Origin: Haplodiscus bocki
Taxonomy: Eukaryota
Length of the DNA stretch: 64,000 bases
Assembly: GCA_965655095.1 (NCBI GenBank)
Contig: OZ296655.1
Span: 25,606,001 to 25,670,000 of the forward strand
Direction of reading: 5' to 3'
In this document: one piece after another, positions 1 to 13,400 of the stretch
Numbering within the stretch: the stretch's first letter is position 1
Layout of the letters: every line of letters begins with the position of its first letter
Notes under the pieces: generated by a model
Told to the model about the DNA's origin: nothing
What the model saw: only the letters and a program-made list of their open reading frames with translations
The model's database searches: none
Translations under genes and position numbers: made by a program

Positions 1-1830
1 CGTTATTTCTCAAGGCCGTCACACGAGGTTCTCAGTTATCCATACCTTAATTTCCAGGATGGAACACAAACATCCCCGCTATTTCTTCAGGCTACCTTAC
101 AAGTTTCCTTGTGAACATATACTACATCTCCAGGCTCGAACACAAATTTTGCAGCTCTTTCCCCAGGCTACTACGCAATTTTGCACGTTAAAACTAAAAG
201 ATTTTCCGGGTGCCAACACATTTTTTCCCGCTAATTCTCCAGGCTACCACACGAGTTTCCCCGTGAACAGAGACTACTGTTCCAGGCTCAAACACAACTT
301 TCCCCGCTATCTCTCCGTGCTACTGCGCGACTTTCCCCGTGAATATAGACTATTTTTTCAGCCTCGAACACAAGTTTGTCCGTTATTTCTCAACGCCGTC
401 ACACCAATAGCCCTGGTATCTTTACCTAACTTTCCAGACTGGAACACAAACATCCCCGCTATTTCTCCGGGGTACTACGCGAGTGTCACCGTGTACATAG
501 ACTGCTTTTTTTAACCTCGAACACAGATTTTTGAGCTTTTTCTCGAGGCTACTAAGCGAATTTCCCCATTATCATTACCTGACTTTCCGGGCCGGACTTC
601 AAACATCCCCGCTATTTCTCCATGCTACTACGCGAGTTTACCCGTGAACACAGCCTACTTCTCCACGCTCGAACACAAAATTCCCCGTTAATTCTCAAGG
701 CCGTCTTACGAATTTCCCAGATGTCCTTAACTAATTTTCCAGGCTGAAACACAAACACACCCGCTATCTCCTCAGGCTACCACATAAGTTTCCTCGTGAA
801 CAAAGACTACTTTTCCAGGCTCGAAAACAACTTTCCTGACTATTTCTCAAGGCTCGAATTGAAATTTCTCCGCTGTTTTCCCAGGCTACTACACGAATTT
901 CCCCGTTATCTTTACTTAACTTTCCAGGCTAGAACATAAATATCCTCGCATTTTATCCGGGTCACCACACGAATTTCACCGTTATCAACACCCGACTTCT
1001 GGGGCCGGAACGCAAACATCCCCGCTATTTCTCCAGGCTACCAAACGAGTTTCCTCTTGAACATAAAACTACTTTTCCAGGCTCGAGCACAAATTTTGCA
1101 GCTTTTTTTCCACGCTGGCACAAGAGTTTCCCCGTGAACATAGACTAGTCTTCCAGGCTCAAACACAATTTTCCGAGCTTTTTTGCCAGGCTACTGCACG
1201 AAATTCCCAGTTATCCTTACGTATCTCTTCAGGCTGGAACCCAAACATCACCGCTATTTCTCCAGATTACTCCAACTTTTTCCTTTATCAATACCCGACT
1301 CTTGGGGCTGGATGGCAAACTTCCCCGCTACTTCTCCAGGCTACCACAGGATTTTTCCCGTGAACATAGATTACTTTTTCCGGCTACAACACAACATTCG
1401 CCGTTGATTCTGCAGGCTACCAAACGAGTTGCCTCCTGAACGAAAACTACTTTTCCAGACTCGAGCACAAATTTTACAGCTATTTTCGCAGGCTAATACG
1501 CAAATTTCCCCGTTAAAACCACAAGATTTTCCATGCTCGAACAAATTTTCCCCGCTACTTCTCGAGGCTACCACACGAGTTTCCCCGTCAACATGTAATA
1601 TTTTTGAAGGCTTGAACACAACTTTCCTGGCTGTTTTTCCAGGCTCGAACAGAAACTTCCCCGCGGTTTTGCTGTTTCTCCTGGCTACTACACGAGTTTC
1701 CCCGTTCTGATTACCTAACTTTCCATGCTAGAACCCAAACATTCCAATTTTTCTCCAGGCTACCACACGAACTTCCCTGTGAACATAGCCTACTCTCCCA
1801 GGCTCAAACACAAAGTCTCTGCTGCTTTTC

Positions 1831-2352
1831 CAGGCTACTACACGAATTTGCCTGTGAACATAGCCTACTTATCCACGGTCGAACACAAAATTACCCGTTA
1901 GCTCTCAAGGCCGTCACACGAATTTCCCAGTTATCCTTACCTTACTTTCCAGGCTGGAACACAAACGTCCCCGTAATCTCTTCAGGCTATCACGCAAGTT
2001 TCCTCGTGAACATGGACTACTTTTCCAGGCTCGAAAACAACTTTCTTGACTGTTTCTCAAGGCTCGAGCGGAATTTTGCCCACTGTTTTCCCAGGCTACT
2101 ACACGAATTTGCCTGTGAACATAGCCTACTTATCCACGGTCGAACACAAAATTACCCGTTAGTTCTCAAGGCCGTCACACGAATTTCCCAGTTATCCTTA
2201 CCTTACTTTCCAGGCTGGAACACAAACGTCCCCGTAATCTCTTCAGGCTATCACGCAAGTTTCCTCGTGAACATGGACTACTTTTCCAGGCTCGAAAACA
2301 ACTTTCTTGACTGTTTCTCAAGGCTCGAGCGGAATTTTGCCCACTGTTTTCC
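1831..2352 (+). repeat. 261-bp near-exact tandem duplication inside the satellite (3 monomers plus one 33-bp sub-repeat)
   Basis: CAGGCTACTACACGAATTTGCCTGTGAACATAGCCTACTTATCCACGGTCG occurs at 1831 and 2092. The translation of ORF 2006..2386 repeats itself. Confidence 0.9.
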
Positions 2353-5300
2353 CAGGCTACTACACGATTTTCCCTGTTATCAATAGTTAACTTTCCAGGC
2401 TAGAACCCAAAAATCCCCGCACTTTATCCGTGTCACCACACGAATTTCCCCGTTATCAACACCCGACATCTGGGGCCGGAACGCAAACATCCCCTGTATT
2501 TCTCCAGGCTACCAAACGAGTTTCCTCTTGAACATAAAAATACTTTTCCAGGCTCGAGCACAAATTTTGCAACTTTTTTTCCACGCTGCCACAAGAGTTT
2601 CCCCGTGAACATAAACCACTTTTCCAGGCTCGAACACAAAGTTTGCTGCTATTTTCCCAGGCTACTACGAGAATATTCCGTTGAAACTACAAATGTTTCC
2701 AGACTAGAACACTACTCTTCCGGGCTCTAACACAGTCTTCCCCGCTGTTTCTCAAGCCTAATACGCGAGTTTCCCCGAGAAAAAGGACTATTTTTTCAGG
2801 ATCGAACACAAACTTCCCCGTTATTACTCCAGGCTACTACCCGAAATTCCCCGCTATCCTTACCTGACTTTCCGGGCCGGACTGCAAACATCCGCGCTAT
2901 TTCTCCAGGCTACAACACGAGTTTCCCCGTGAACATAGACTACTCTTCCAGGCTCAAACACAAATCTCCCCGCTGTTTTGCCAGGCTACTACACGAAGAT
3001 CCCCGTTATCATTACCTATCTGTCCAAGCTGGAACCCAAACAACACCGCTATTTCTCCAGATTACTACACGAAAATTTTCCGTTATCAACACACAATTTT
3101 TTGGGCCGGATGGCAAACTTCGCCACTATTTCTCCATGGCTGCAACACGAGTTTCCTTGTAATCTTAGTTTTTTTCTCCAGGCCCGAACACAATTTTCTC
3201 CGATATTTCTCAAGGCCGTCACATGAACTGGCCCGGTATCTTTATCTAACCTTCCAGGCTGGAACACAAACATCCCCGCTTTTTCTCCGGGATACTACGC
3301 GAGTGTCACTGTGTACATAGTTTGTTTTTTTTTAGCATGGAACACAGAATTTTGATCTATTTCTCGAGGCTACTACGCGAATTTCCCCATTATCATTATC
3401 TGACTTTCCGGGCCGGACTGCAAACATGCCCGCTTTTTCTCCAGGCTACCACGCGAGTTTACCCGTGAACATAGACTACTTTTCCAAGCTCGAACACAAA
3501 TTTTCCGCTTTTTCTCCAGGCTAGCAAACGAGTTCCATCGTGAAAATAAACAACTTTTCCTGGCTCGAACACAACGTTCACCGCTATTTCTCCAGGCTAC
3601 TGCGCGATTTTCCCCGTTATCCTTACCCGACTTTCCAGGCGGGAACACAATCATCCCCGCTTTCTCTTCAGGCTACCAGGGGAGTTTCCTCGTGAACACA
3701 GACTACTTTTCCAGGCTCGAAAACAACTTTCCTGACTATTTCTCAAGTCTCGGACGGAATTTTCCCCGCTGTTTTCCCAGGCTACTACGCGAAATTGCCC
3801 GTTGAAACTACAAAATTTTCCAGGCTAGAACACATTTCTCCCAACTAGCTGTCCAGGCTACCACACGAGTTTCCCCGTGAACATAGACTACTCTTCCGGG
3901 CTCTAACACAGTCTTCCCCGCTGTTTCTCAAGCCTAATACGCGAGTTTCCCCGAGAAAAAGGACTATTTTTTCAGGATCGAACACAAACTTCCCCGTTAT
4001 TACTCCAGGCTACTACCCGAAATTCCCCGCTATCCTTACCTGACTTTCCGGGCCGGACTGCAAACATCCGCGCTATTTCTCCAGGCTACAACACGAGTTT
4101 CCCCGTGAACATAGACTACTCTTCCAGGCTCAAACACAAATCTCCCCGCTGTTTTGCCAGGCTACTACACGAAGATCCCCGTTATCATTACCTATCTGTC
4201 CAAGCTGGAACCCAAACAACACCGCTATTTCTCCAGATTACTACACGAAGTTTTTCCGTTATCAATACCCGATTTTTGAGGCCGGATGGCAAACTTCCCC
4301 GCTTTTTCTCCAGGCTACCGCACGATTTTTCAAGTGAACATAGATTACTTTTCCCGGCTCGAACTTAACTTTCCACCGCTAGTCCTCCAGGCTACCAAAT
4401 AAGTTGCCTCCTGAACAAAAACCACTTTTCCAGGCTCGAGCACAAATGTTCCAGCTGTTTTCGCAGGCTACTGCTCGAAATTCCCGGTTAGAACCACAAT
4501 ATTTTCCACGCTCGAACAAATTTTTCCTAGCTACTTCTCCAGGCTACCACACGAGTTTCACCGTGAACAAGAAATATTTTAGCAGGATTGAACACAGGTT
4601 TCCCCCATTTTTCTCCAGGCTACTACACGAATTTCCCCAATATCATTACGTATCTTTCCAGGCTGAAACCCAAACATTCTCGCTATGTCTCTTGGTTGCT
4701 ACACAACGTTCCTTGTTATCCTTACCCGACCTTCGGGGCCGGAACTCAAACATCTCCGCTAATTCTCCAGGCTATCACACGAGTTTTCTCGTGAACCTAG
4801 ACCACTTTTCCAGGCTCGGACACAATTTTCCCCGCTAATTCCCCAGCCTACTACGCGAATTTCCTCGTTAATTTTAGCTTGTTTTTTAGTCTGGCACAAA
4901 TAGATCCCCGCTATTTCTCCAGGCAACCACATGAGTTTTCAGGTGAACATAGACTACTTTTCCGGACTCGTACACAACTTCTCTGGCTGCTGTTCCAGGC
5001 TCCTACACGAATTTCTCCGTTATCATTACCTAACTTTTGCAGGCTAGAATCCAAACATCCCTCTGTTTCTCCGGGCTACTACGCGAGTTTCACCGTTAAC
5101 ATTGACTATCTTTTCAGACTCGAAAACAGATTCTCCAGCTGTTTTTTCAGGCTACTACACGAGTTTCCCCATTAACATTAGCTAGCTTTCTTGGGTAGAA
5201 ACCAAACATCCCCGCTACTTCTTCAGGCTATCACACGACTTTTTCCGTGAACATAGACTACGTTTCCAGGCTCGAACACGACTTTCCTGGTTGTTTCTCC

Positions 5301-7939
5301 ACGCTCGAACAGAAAATTCCTCGTTATTTCTCCAGACTAGCAGAAGAAACTCTCCGCTAGTATTACTTAATTTTTGAGGCTGGCAAACAAACATCCCTGC
5401 TATGTCCCCACGCTACCAAACGAGTTTCCTCGTGAACATAAACTACTTTTCCACGCTCGAACACAATTTTCCACGCGCTTTCGCCATGACACTACGCGAG
5501 TTACCCCGTGAACAGGGACTACTTTATCAAGCTCGAACACAAATTTGCCAGATTTTATTCAGGGTACTAAACGTAGTTTCCCGTTATCATTACCTATCTA
5601 TCCAGGCTGGAACCCAAACGTCACCGCTAGTTCTCCAGATTACTACACGAAATTTTTCCGTAATCAATACCCGACTTTTGGGGCCGGATGGCAAACATCC
5701 CTCCTGTTTCTCCAGGCTGCCGCACGATTTTCCCTCCGAACATAGATTACCTTTCCCGGCTCAAACACAACCTTCCCCGCTAATTCTCCAGGCTACTGCG
5801 CGAACTTCCCCATTAATATTACCTAACTTTCCAGGCTGGCACACGAACATCCCCGCTATTTCTCCAGGTTACCAAACGAGTTTCCTCCTGAACATAGAAT
5901 TTTTTTGCATGCTTGAACACAGATTTCCCAGATAATTCTCCAGGTTACTACACGAACTTCCTTGTTATCACTACCTGATTTTTGGGACCGGAACTCAAAC
6001 AACCCCGCTATTTCTCCAGGCTACTACACGAGTTTCCTCGTGAACCTAGACTACTTTTCCAGGCTCAGATGCAACTTTCCCCGCTAATTCTCCATGCTTC
6101 TACGCGAACCTCCAGTTTAATTTTGGCTAATTTTTTAGGCTGGCACAGAAAGATCCCCACTTTTTCTGCAGGCTACCACACGAATCTCCACGTGAACAGA
6201 CTACTTTTCCTCGCTCAAACACAACTTTCCTGGCTGCTTTTGCAGGCTCCTACACGAATTTTCCCGTTATCACTACCTAACTTTCCAGAAGAATCCAAGA
6301 ATCCCTCTACTTTTACGGGCTACTACTCGAGTTTCACCGTTAACATAGACTATGTTTTCAGACTCGAACACAGATTTTCCAGCTGTTTTCGCACGCTACT
6401 ACACTAATTTCCTCATTATCATTACCTAACTTTCTAGGCTAGAAACCAAACATCTCCGCTACTTCACCAGGCTATCACACGAGTTTTTCCGTGAACACAG
6501 ACTACGTTTCCAGGCTCAAACACAGTTTCCTCGCTGTTTCTCCAGGCTACTATGCGAGTGTCCCCGAGAACATAGCTTTTTTTCTCAGGCTCGAACAAAC
6601 ATTTCCCCAATTTTTTTTCCAGGCCACTACGCGAAATTCCCCGTGAACATAGACTAATTTTTCTGACTCGAACATAGATCTCCCCGATATTTCTCAAAGC
6701 TACTACACGAAATTTCCCGTTATCGTTACCTGACTTTCCGGATCGGAATGCAAACATCCCCGCTGTTTCTCCCGGGTACCACACGAGTTTCCTCGTGAAC
6801 GTAAACTACTTTTCCACGCTCGAACACAAAATTTTCAGCTGTTTTTTTAGGCTACCGCACGAGTTTCCCCGTGAACATAGACTACTCTTCCAGACTCAAA
6901 CGTCACCGCTAGTTCTCCAGATTACTACCCGAAAGTTTTCCGTAATCAATACCCGACTTTTGGGGCCGGATGGCAAACATCCCTCCTGTTTCTCCAGGCT
7001 GCCGCACGATTTTCCCTCCGAACATAGATTACCTTTCCCGGCTCAAACACAACCTTCCCCGCTAATTCTCCAGGTTACCAAACGAGTTTCCTCCTGAACA
7101 AAAAGAACGTTTCCAGTCTCGAACACAAATTTTCCAGCTACTTTTGCAGGCCTTTACGCGGATTTCCCCGTTAAAACCACAAGATTTTCCAGGCCCGGAC
7201 AAGTTTTTCCTCGCTATTTCTCCAGGCTACCACACGAGTTTCCCCGTGAACATAGACTACTTTTCCAGGCTCAGACGCAACTTTCCCCTCTAATTCTACA
7301 TGCTTCTACGTGAACCTCCAGGTTAATATTGGCTATTTTTCTAGGCTGGCACAGAAACATCCCCACTTTTTCTGCAGGCTACCACACGAGTTTCCTGGTG
7401 AATCTAGACTATGTTTTCAGGCTCCAACACACATTTCTCCAATTTTTTTCCAGGTCACTACGCGAAATTCCCCGTGAACATAGACTAAACTTTTTGGCTC
7501 GAACACAGGTTTCGCCGATACTTCTCCAGGCCACTACACGAATTCCCCGTTATCATTACCTGACTTTTCGGCGGGACTGGAAACATCCCCGCTAATTCTC
7601 CAGGCTACCACACGAAACCCCCGTGAACATACACTACTTTTCCAGGCTCGAACGCAATTTTTCCCGGTATTTCTCCAGGCTACCACACGAGTTTCTCTGT
7701 AAACATTACCTATCTTTCCGAGCTGGAACCCAAACAACCCCACTAATTCTTGTGGCTACTACGTCAATTTCCCCATTAAAACTACAAGGCTTTCCCGGCT
7801 CGAACACATTTTCCCCCGCTATTTTGCCAGGCTACCGCACGAGCTTCATCGTCAGCATAAACTACTTTTCCAGGCTCAAACACAATTTCCTCGCTGTTTC
7901 TCCAGGCTACTATGCGATTGTCCCCGAGAACATAGATTT

Positions 7940-10440
7940 TTTCTCAGGCTCGAACACAAATTTCCCCAATTTTTTTCCAGGCCACTGAGCGAAGTTCCCC
8001 GTGAACATAGACTATTTTTTTGGCTCGAACACAGATTTGCTCGTTACTTCTCCAGGCTACTACACGAACTTTCCCGTTATCTTCACCTGACTTTCCAGGC
8101 CGGAATGCAGACAACCCCGCTATTTGTCCAGAGTACCACACGAGTTTCTTCGTGAACATAAACTATTTTCCCAGGCTCGAACACATTTTTCCAGCTTTTA
8201 GTCTTGGCTACTACATGATTTTCCCCGTAACCATTACCTATTTTTCCGAGCTGGAATCCAAACAAATCCACTATTTCTCGTGGCTACTACGTGAATTTCT
8301 ACATTGAAACTACAAGGTTTTCCCGGCTCGAAAACATTTCCCCCGCTATTTTTCCAGGCTACCACACGAGTTTCTCCGTGAGCATAGATTACCATTCCAG
8401 GTTCGAACGATTTTTCCCTCGCTGTTTCTCCAGGCTACTGCGCGAATTTCCCAATTGTTTTTACCAATCTTTATAGGCTGGCACAGAACGTCCCCGGTAT
8501 TTCTCCAGGCTATCAAACGAGTTTCATCGTGAGCATAAACTACTTTTCCAGGCTCAAACACAATTTCCTCGCTGTTTCTCCAGGCTACTACAAGAAGATC
8601 CCCGTTATCATTACCTATCTTTCCGAGCTGGAACCCAAACAAATCCACTAATTCTCGTGGCTACTACGCGAATTTCCACATTAAAAATACAAGGTTTTCC
8701 CGGATTGAACACATTTCCCCTGCTATTTTTCCAGGCTACAACACGAGTTTCCCCGTGAGCATAGATTACCATTCCAGGTTCGAACGAAGTTTTCCCGCTG
8801 TTTCTCCAGGCTACTGCGCAAATTTCCCAGTTGTGATTACCAAACCCTATAGGTTGGCACAGAACGTCCCCGCTATTTCTCCAGGCTACTAAACGAGTTC
8901 CATCGTGAAAATAAGGTACTTTACCTGGCTCGAACATAACGTTCCCCGCTATTTCTCGAGGCTACTGCGCGAATTTCTCCGTTATTATTACTTAACTTTC
9001 CAGCCTGGCAGACGAACATTCCTGCTATTTCTCCAGGCTACCAAACGAGTTGCATCGTGAGCATAAACTACTTTTCCAGGCTCAAACACAATTTGCTCGC
9101 TGTTTCTCCAGGCTACTAGGCGAATGTCCCGGAGACCATAGACTTTTTTCCCAGGCTCGAACACAAATTTCCCTAAATTTTTTTCCAGGCCACTAAGCGA
9201 AATTCCCTGTGAACATAGACTACTTTTTTGGCTCGAACACCTATTTCCCCGCTGTTACTCCAGGCTACTACACGAACTTTCCCGTTATCTTCACCTGACT
9301 TCCCAGGCCGGGATGCAGACAACCCCGCTATTTGTCCAGAGTACCACACGAGTTTCTTCGTGAACATAAACTATTTTCCCAGGCTCGAACACATTTTTCC
9401 AGCTTTTAGTCTTGGCTACTACACGATTTTCCCCGTAACCATTACCTATTTTTCCGAGCTGGAATCCAAACAAGTCCACTATTTCTCGTGGCTACTACGT
9501 GAATTTCTACATTGAAACTACAATGTTTTCCCGGATCGAAAACATTTCCCCCGCTATTTTTCCAGGCTACCACACGAGTTTCTCCGTGAGCATAGATTAC
9601 CATTCCAGGTTCGAACGATTTTTCCCTCGCTGTTTCTCCAGGCTACTGCGCGAATTTCCCAGTTGTTTTTACCAAACTTTATAGGCTGGCACAGAACGTC
9701 CCCGGTATTTCTCCAGGCTATCAAACTAGTTTCATCGTGAGTATAAACTACTTTTCCAGGCTCAAAAACAATTTCCTCGCTGTTTCTCCAGGCTACTACA
9801 CGAAGATCCCCGTTATCATTACCTATCTTTCCGAGCTGGAACCCAAACAAATCCACTAATTCTCGTGGCTACTACGCGAATTTCCACATTAAAAATACAA
9901 GGTTTTCCCGGATTGAACACATTTCCCCTGCTATTTTTCCAGGCTACCACACGAGTTTCCCCGTGAGCATAGATTACCATTCCAGGTTCGAACGAAGTTT
10001 TCCCGCTGTTTCTCCAGGCTACTGCGCAAATTTCCCAGTTGTGATTACCAAACTTTCTAGGTTGGCACAGAACGTCCCCGCTATTTCTCCAGGCTACTAA
10101 ACGAGTTCCATCGTGAAAATAAACTACTTTACCTGGCTCGAACATAACGTTCCCCGATATTTCTCGAGGCTACTGCGCGAATTTCTCCGTTATTATTACT
10201 TAACTTTCCAGCCTGGCAGACGAACATTCCCGCTATTTCTCCAGGCTACCAAACGAGTTGCATCGTGAGCATAAACTACTTTTCCAGGCTCAAACACAAT
10301 TTGCTCGCTGTTTTTCCAGGCTACTATGCGAATGTCCCGGAGACCATAGACTTTTTTCCCAGGCTCGAACACAAATTTCCCTAAAATTTTTTCCAGGCCA
10401 CTAAGCGAAATTCCCCGTGAACATAGACTATTTTTCTGGC
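7940..10440 (+). repeat. 1208-bp higher-order repeat (~16 monomers), about 2 copies, repeated again at ~16275-18770
   Basis: ORF-track pairs are offset by 1208 bp with near-identical translations (8020/9228, 8291/9499, 8346/9554, 8611/9819). Confidence 0.93.
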
Positions 10441-13400
10441 TCGAACACCTATTTCCCCGCTGTTTCTCCAGGCTACTACACGAATTTCACCGCTATCATT
10501 ACCTGACTTTCCGGGCCAGAATGCAAACATCATCTGTATTTCTCCAGGGTAACACACGAAAATCCCCGTGAACATAGACTACTCTTTCTGGCTCGAACGC
10601 ATTTCCCCCGCTGTTTCTCTTGGCTACTAAGCGAAGTTCATCGTGATCATAGACTTTTTTTCAGACACGAACACAGATTTCCCCTTTCTTTTCTCATCCT
10701 CCTCATCATCCTCCATGTTTTCCCACTAATTTTCTCTTAACCATCACCAGACTTTCTGGGCCGGAATGCAAACAACCCCGCAACTCCTCCAGGGTACCAC
10801 ACGAGCTTTCTCGTGAACATAGACTATTCTTCCAGGCTCGAACACAGTTTTCGCCGCTGTTTCTGCAGGCTACTACGCGAGTTTCCACGTGAACATAGAC
10901 TACTTTTTCAGGCTCGAACACAACTTTCCCCGGTATCTCTCCAGGCTCATGCGCGATTGTCTCTGAGAACATAGAGTATTTTTTCGGGCTCGAACACAGA
11001 TTTTCCCGAAGTTCCTCCAGGCTACCACACGAACTTTCCGGATATCCTTACCTGACTTTTCGGGCCGGAATGCAAACATCCCCGCTAAAATTCCAGGGTA
11101 CCACACGAGTTTCCTCGTGAACATAAACTACTTTTCCAGGCTCGAACACAAGTTTTCCAGCCTTTTCTCCAGGCTACTACGCGAAATTCCCCGTTAAAAC
11201 TACAAGAGGTTTTACGCTCGAACACATTTTCCCCTTTTTTCTCCAGGCTACCGCACGAGTTTCCCCCTGAATATAGACTACTTTCCCAGGCTCGAACACA
11301 ACTTTCCCCGCTATCTCTCTGGGGTACTGCGCGATTTTCCCCGTGAACATACACTATTCTTCCAGGCTCGAACACAGTTTTCCACGCTGTTTCTCTACGC
11401 TACTACAAGAGTTTCCCCGTGAACATAGGCTGCTCTAACAGGCTCGAACACGAGATCCTCGCTGTTTTTCTAGGCTACTACGCGAGTTTACAAGTGACCA
11501 TAGACTATTTTCTTAGGCTCGAACACAGGTTTCCCGGATATTTCTCCAGCTTACTACACGAATTTCCCTGTTATTAGTACCTAAATTTCCTGACTAGAAC
11601 CCAAACATCCCGCTATTTCCCCAGGCTATCACACGAGTTTCCCCGTGAACATAGACTACTCTTCCAGGCACTAACACAAGTTCCCCGCTGCTTACCAAAG
11701 CTAATACGCGAGTTTCCCCGTGAACATAGATTTTTTTCAGGCTTGAACGGATTTTCTCCGCTATTTCTCCACGCTACTACGCAAATTTCCCCGTGAACAT
11801 ACACTAACTTTTCAGGCTCGAACACAGATCTCCCAGATATTTCTCCATGCTACTACACGATATTCCCTGTGAACAAGGACTACTCTCCCAGGCACGAACA
11901 CAACTTCCCCGCTGTTTTTCCAGTCTACTACGCGAGTTTCCCTGTGAATGTAGACAAATTTTCAGGCTCGAACACAGATTTCCCCAATTTTTCTCCGCCC
12001 TACTACACGACTTTCACCATTATCAATACTTGACTTTCCGGGCCGCAATGCAAACATCCCCGCTGTTTCTCCAGGGTACCACACGAGTTTCCTCTTGAAC
12101 ATAAACTACTTTTTCAGGCTCAAGCACAAACTTTACAGCTTTTTCTCCAGGCTAATACGCGAGTTCTCCCGTGAATATACACTAATTTTTTAGGCTCGAA
12201 CACAGATTTCCCCGATATTTCTCCAAGCTATTACACGATTTCTCCCATTATCATTACCTGACGTTCCGGGCCGGATTGCGAACATCCCCGCTTTTCCTCC
12301 AGGGTACCAGACGAGTTTCCTCGTGAACATAAACTACTTTTCCAGGCTCCAACATCAATTTTCCAGCTCTTTTTCTAGACTACTACGCGAAATTCTTCGG
12401 TAAAACTACAAGAATTTCCAGGTTCGAACACACTTTCCCCGCTATTTCTCCAGGCTACCACACGAGTTTTCCCCGTGGAAATAGACTAACTTTTTAGGCT
12501 CGAACACAGATATCCCCGATATTTCTCCAGGCTACTACACGAAACTCGCCGAGAACAAAGACTAATTTTTCAGGCTCGAACACAGAATTCCCCGATATTT
12601 CTCCAGGCTACTACACAATTTTCGTTATTATCATTACCTAGCTTTCGAAGCTAGAACCCAAACATCCCCTCTATTTCTCCAGGCTACAACACGAGTTTCC
12701 CTTTGAACGTAGATTACTTTGCAGGCTTGAACACAAAAATCCCCGCTATTTCTACGGGGTACCAAAAGATATTCCTCTTGAACATAGATTTTTTTCACGC
12801 TTGAACACAGATGTCCCAGCTATATTTCCAGGCTACTAAGCGAAATCCCCCGTGAACATTGGCTATTTTTTCAAGCTCGAATACAGACTTTCCCGATGTT
12901 TCTCCATGCTAATACACGAAATTTCCCGTTATCATTACTGGTTTTCCGGGCCGGAATGCAAACAACCCCGCTATTTCTCCAGCGTACCACACGAGTTCCC
13001 TCGTGAACACAAACTACTTTTCCTGGCTCGAACACATTTTTTGCAGCTATTTCTCCAAGCCACTATGCGAAATTCTTCGGAAAAACAACAAGAATTTCCA
13101 GGCTCGAACACGCTTTCCCCGCTATTTCTCCAGGCTACCACACGAGTTTTCCGAAGAATATAGACTAACTTTTTAGGCTCGAACACAGATTTCCCCGTTA
13201 TTCTTCCAGGCTACTACACGAAATTCGCCGGGAATATAGACTAAATTTTCAGGCTCGAACGCTGGTTTCCCCGATATTTCTCCAGGCTACTACACGAAAA
13301 TCGCCGTGAACAAAGACTAATTTTTCAGGCTCGAACACAATTTTCACCGATTTTTCTCCAGGCTACTGCACGAAATTCGCCGTTATCATTACTTAGCTTT

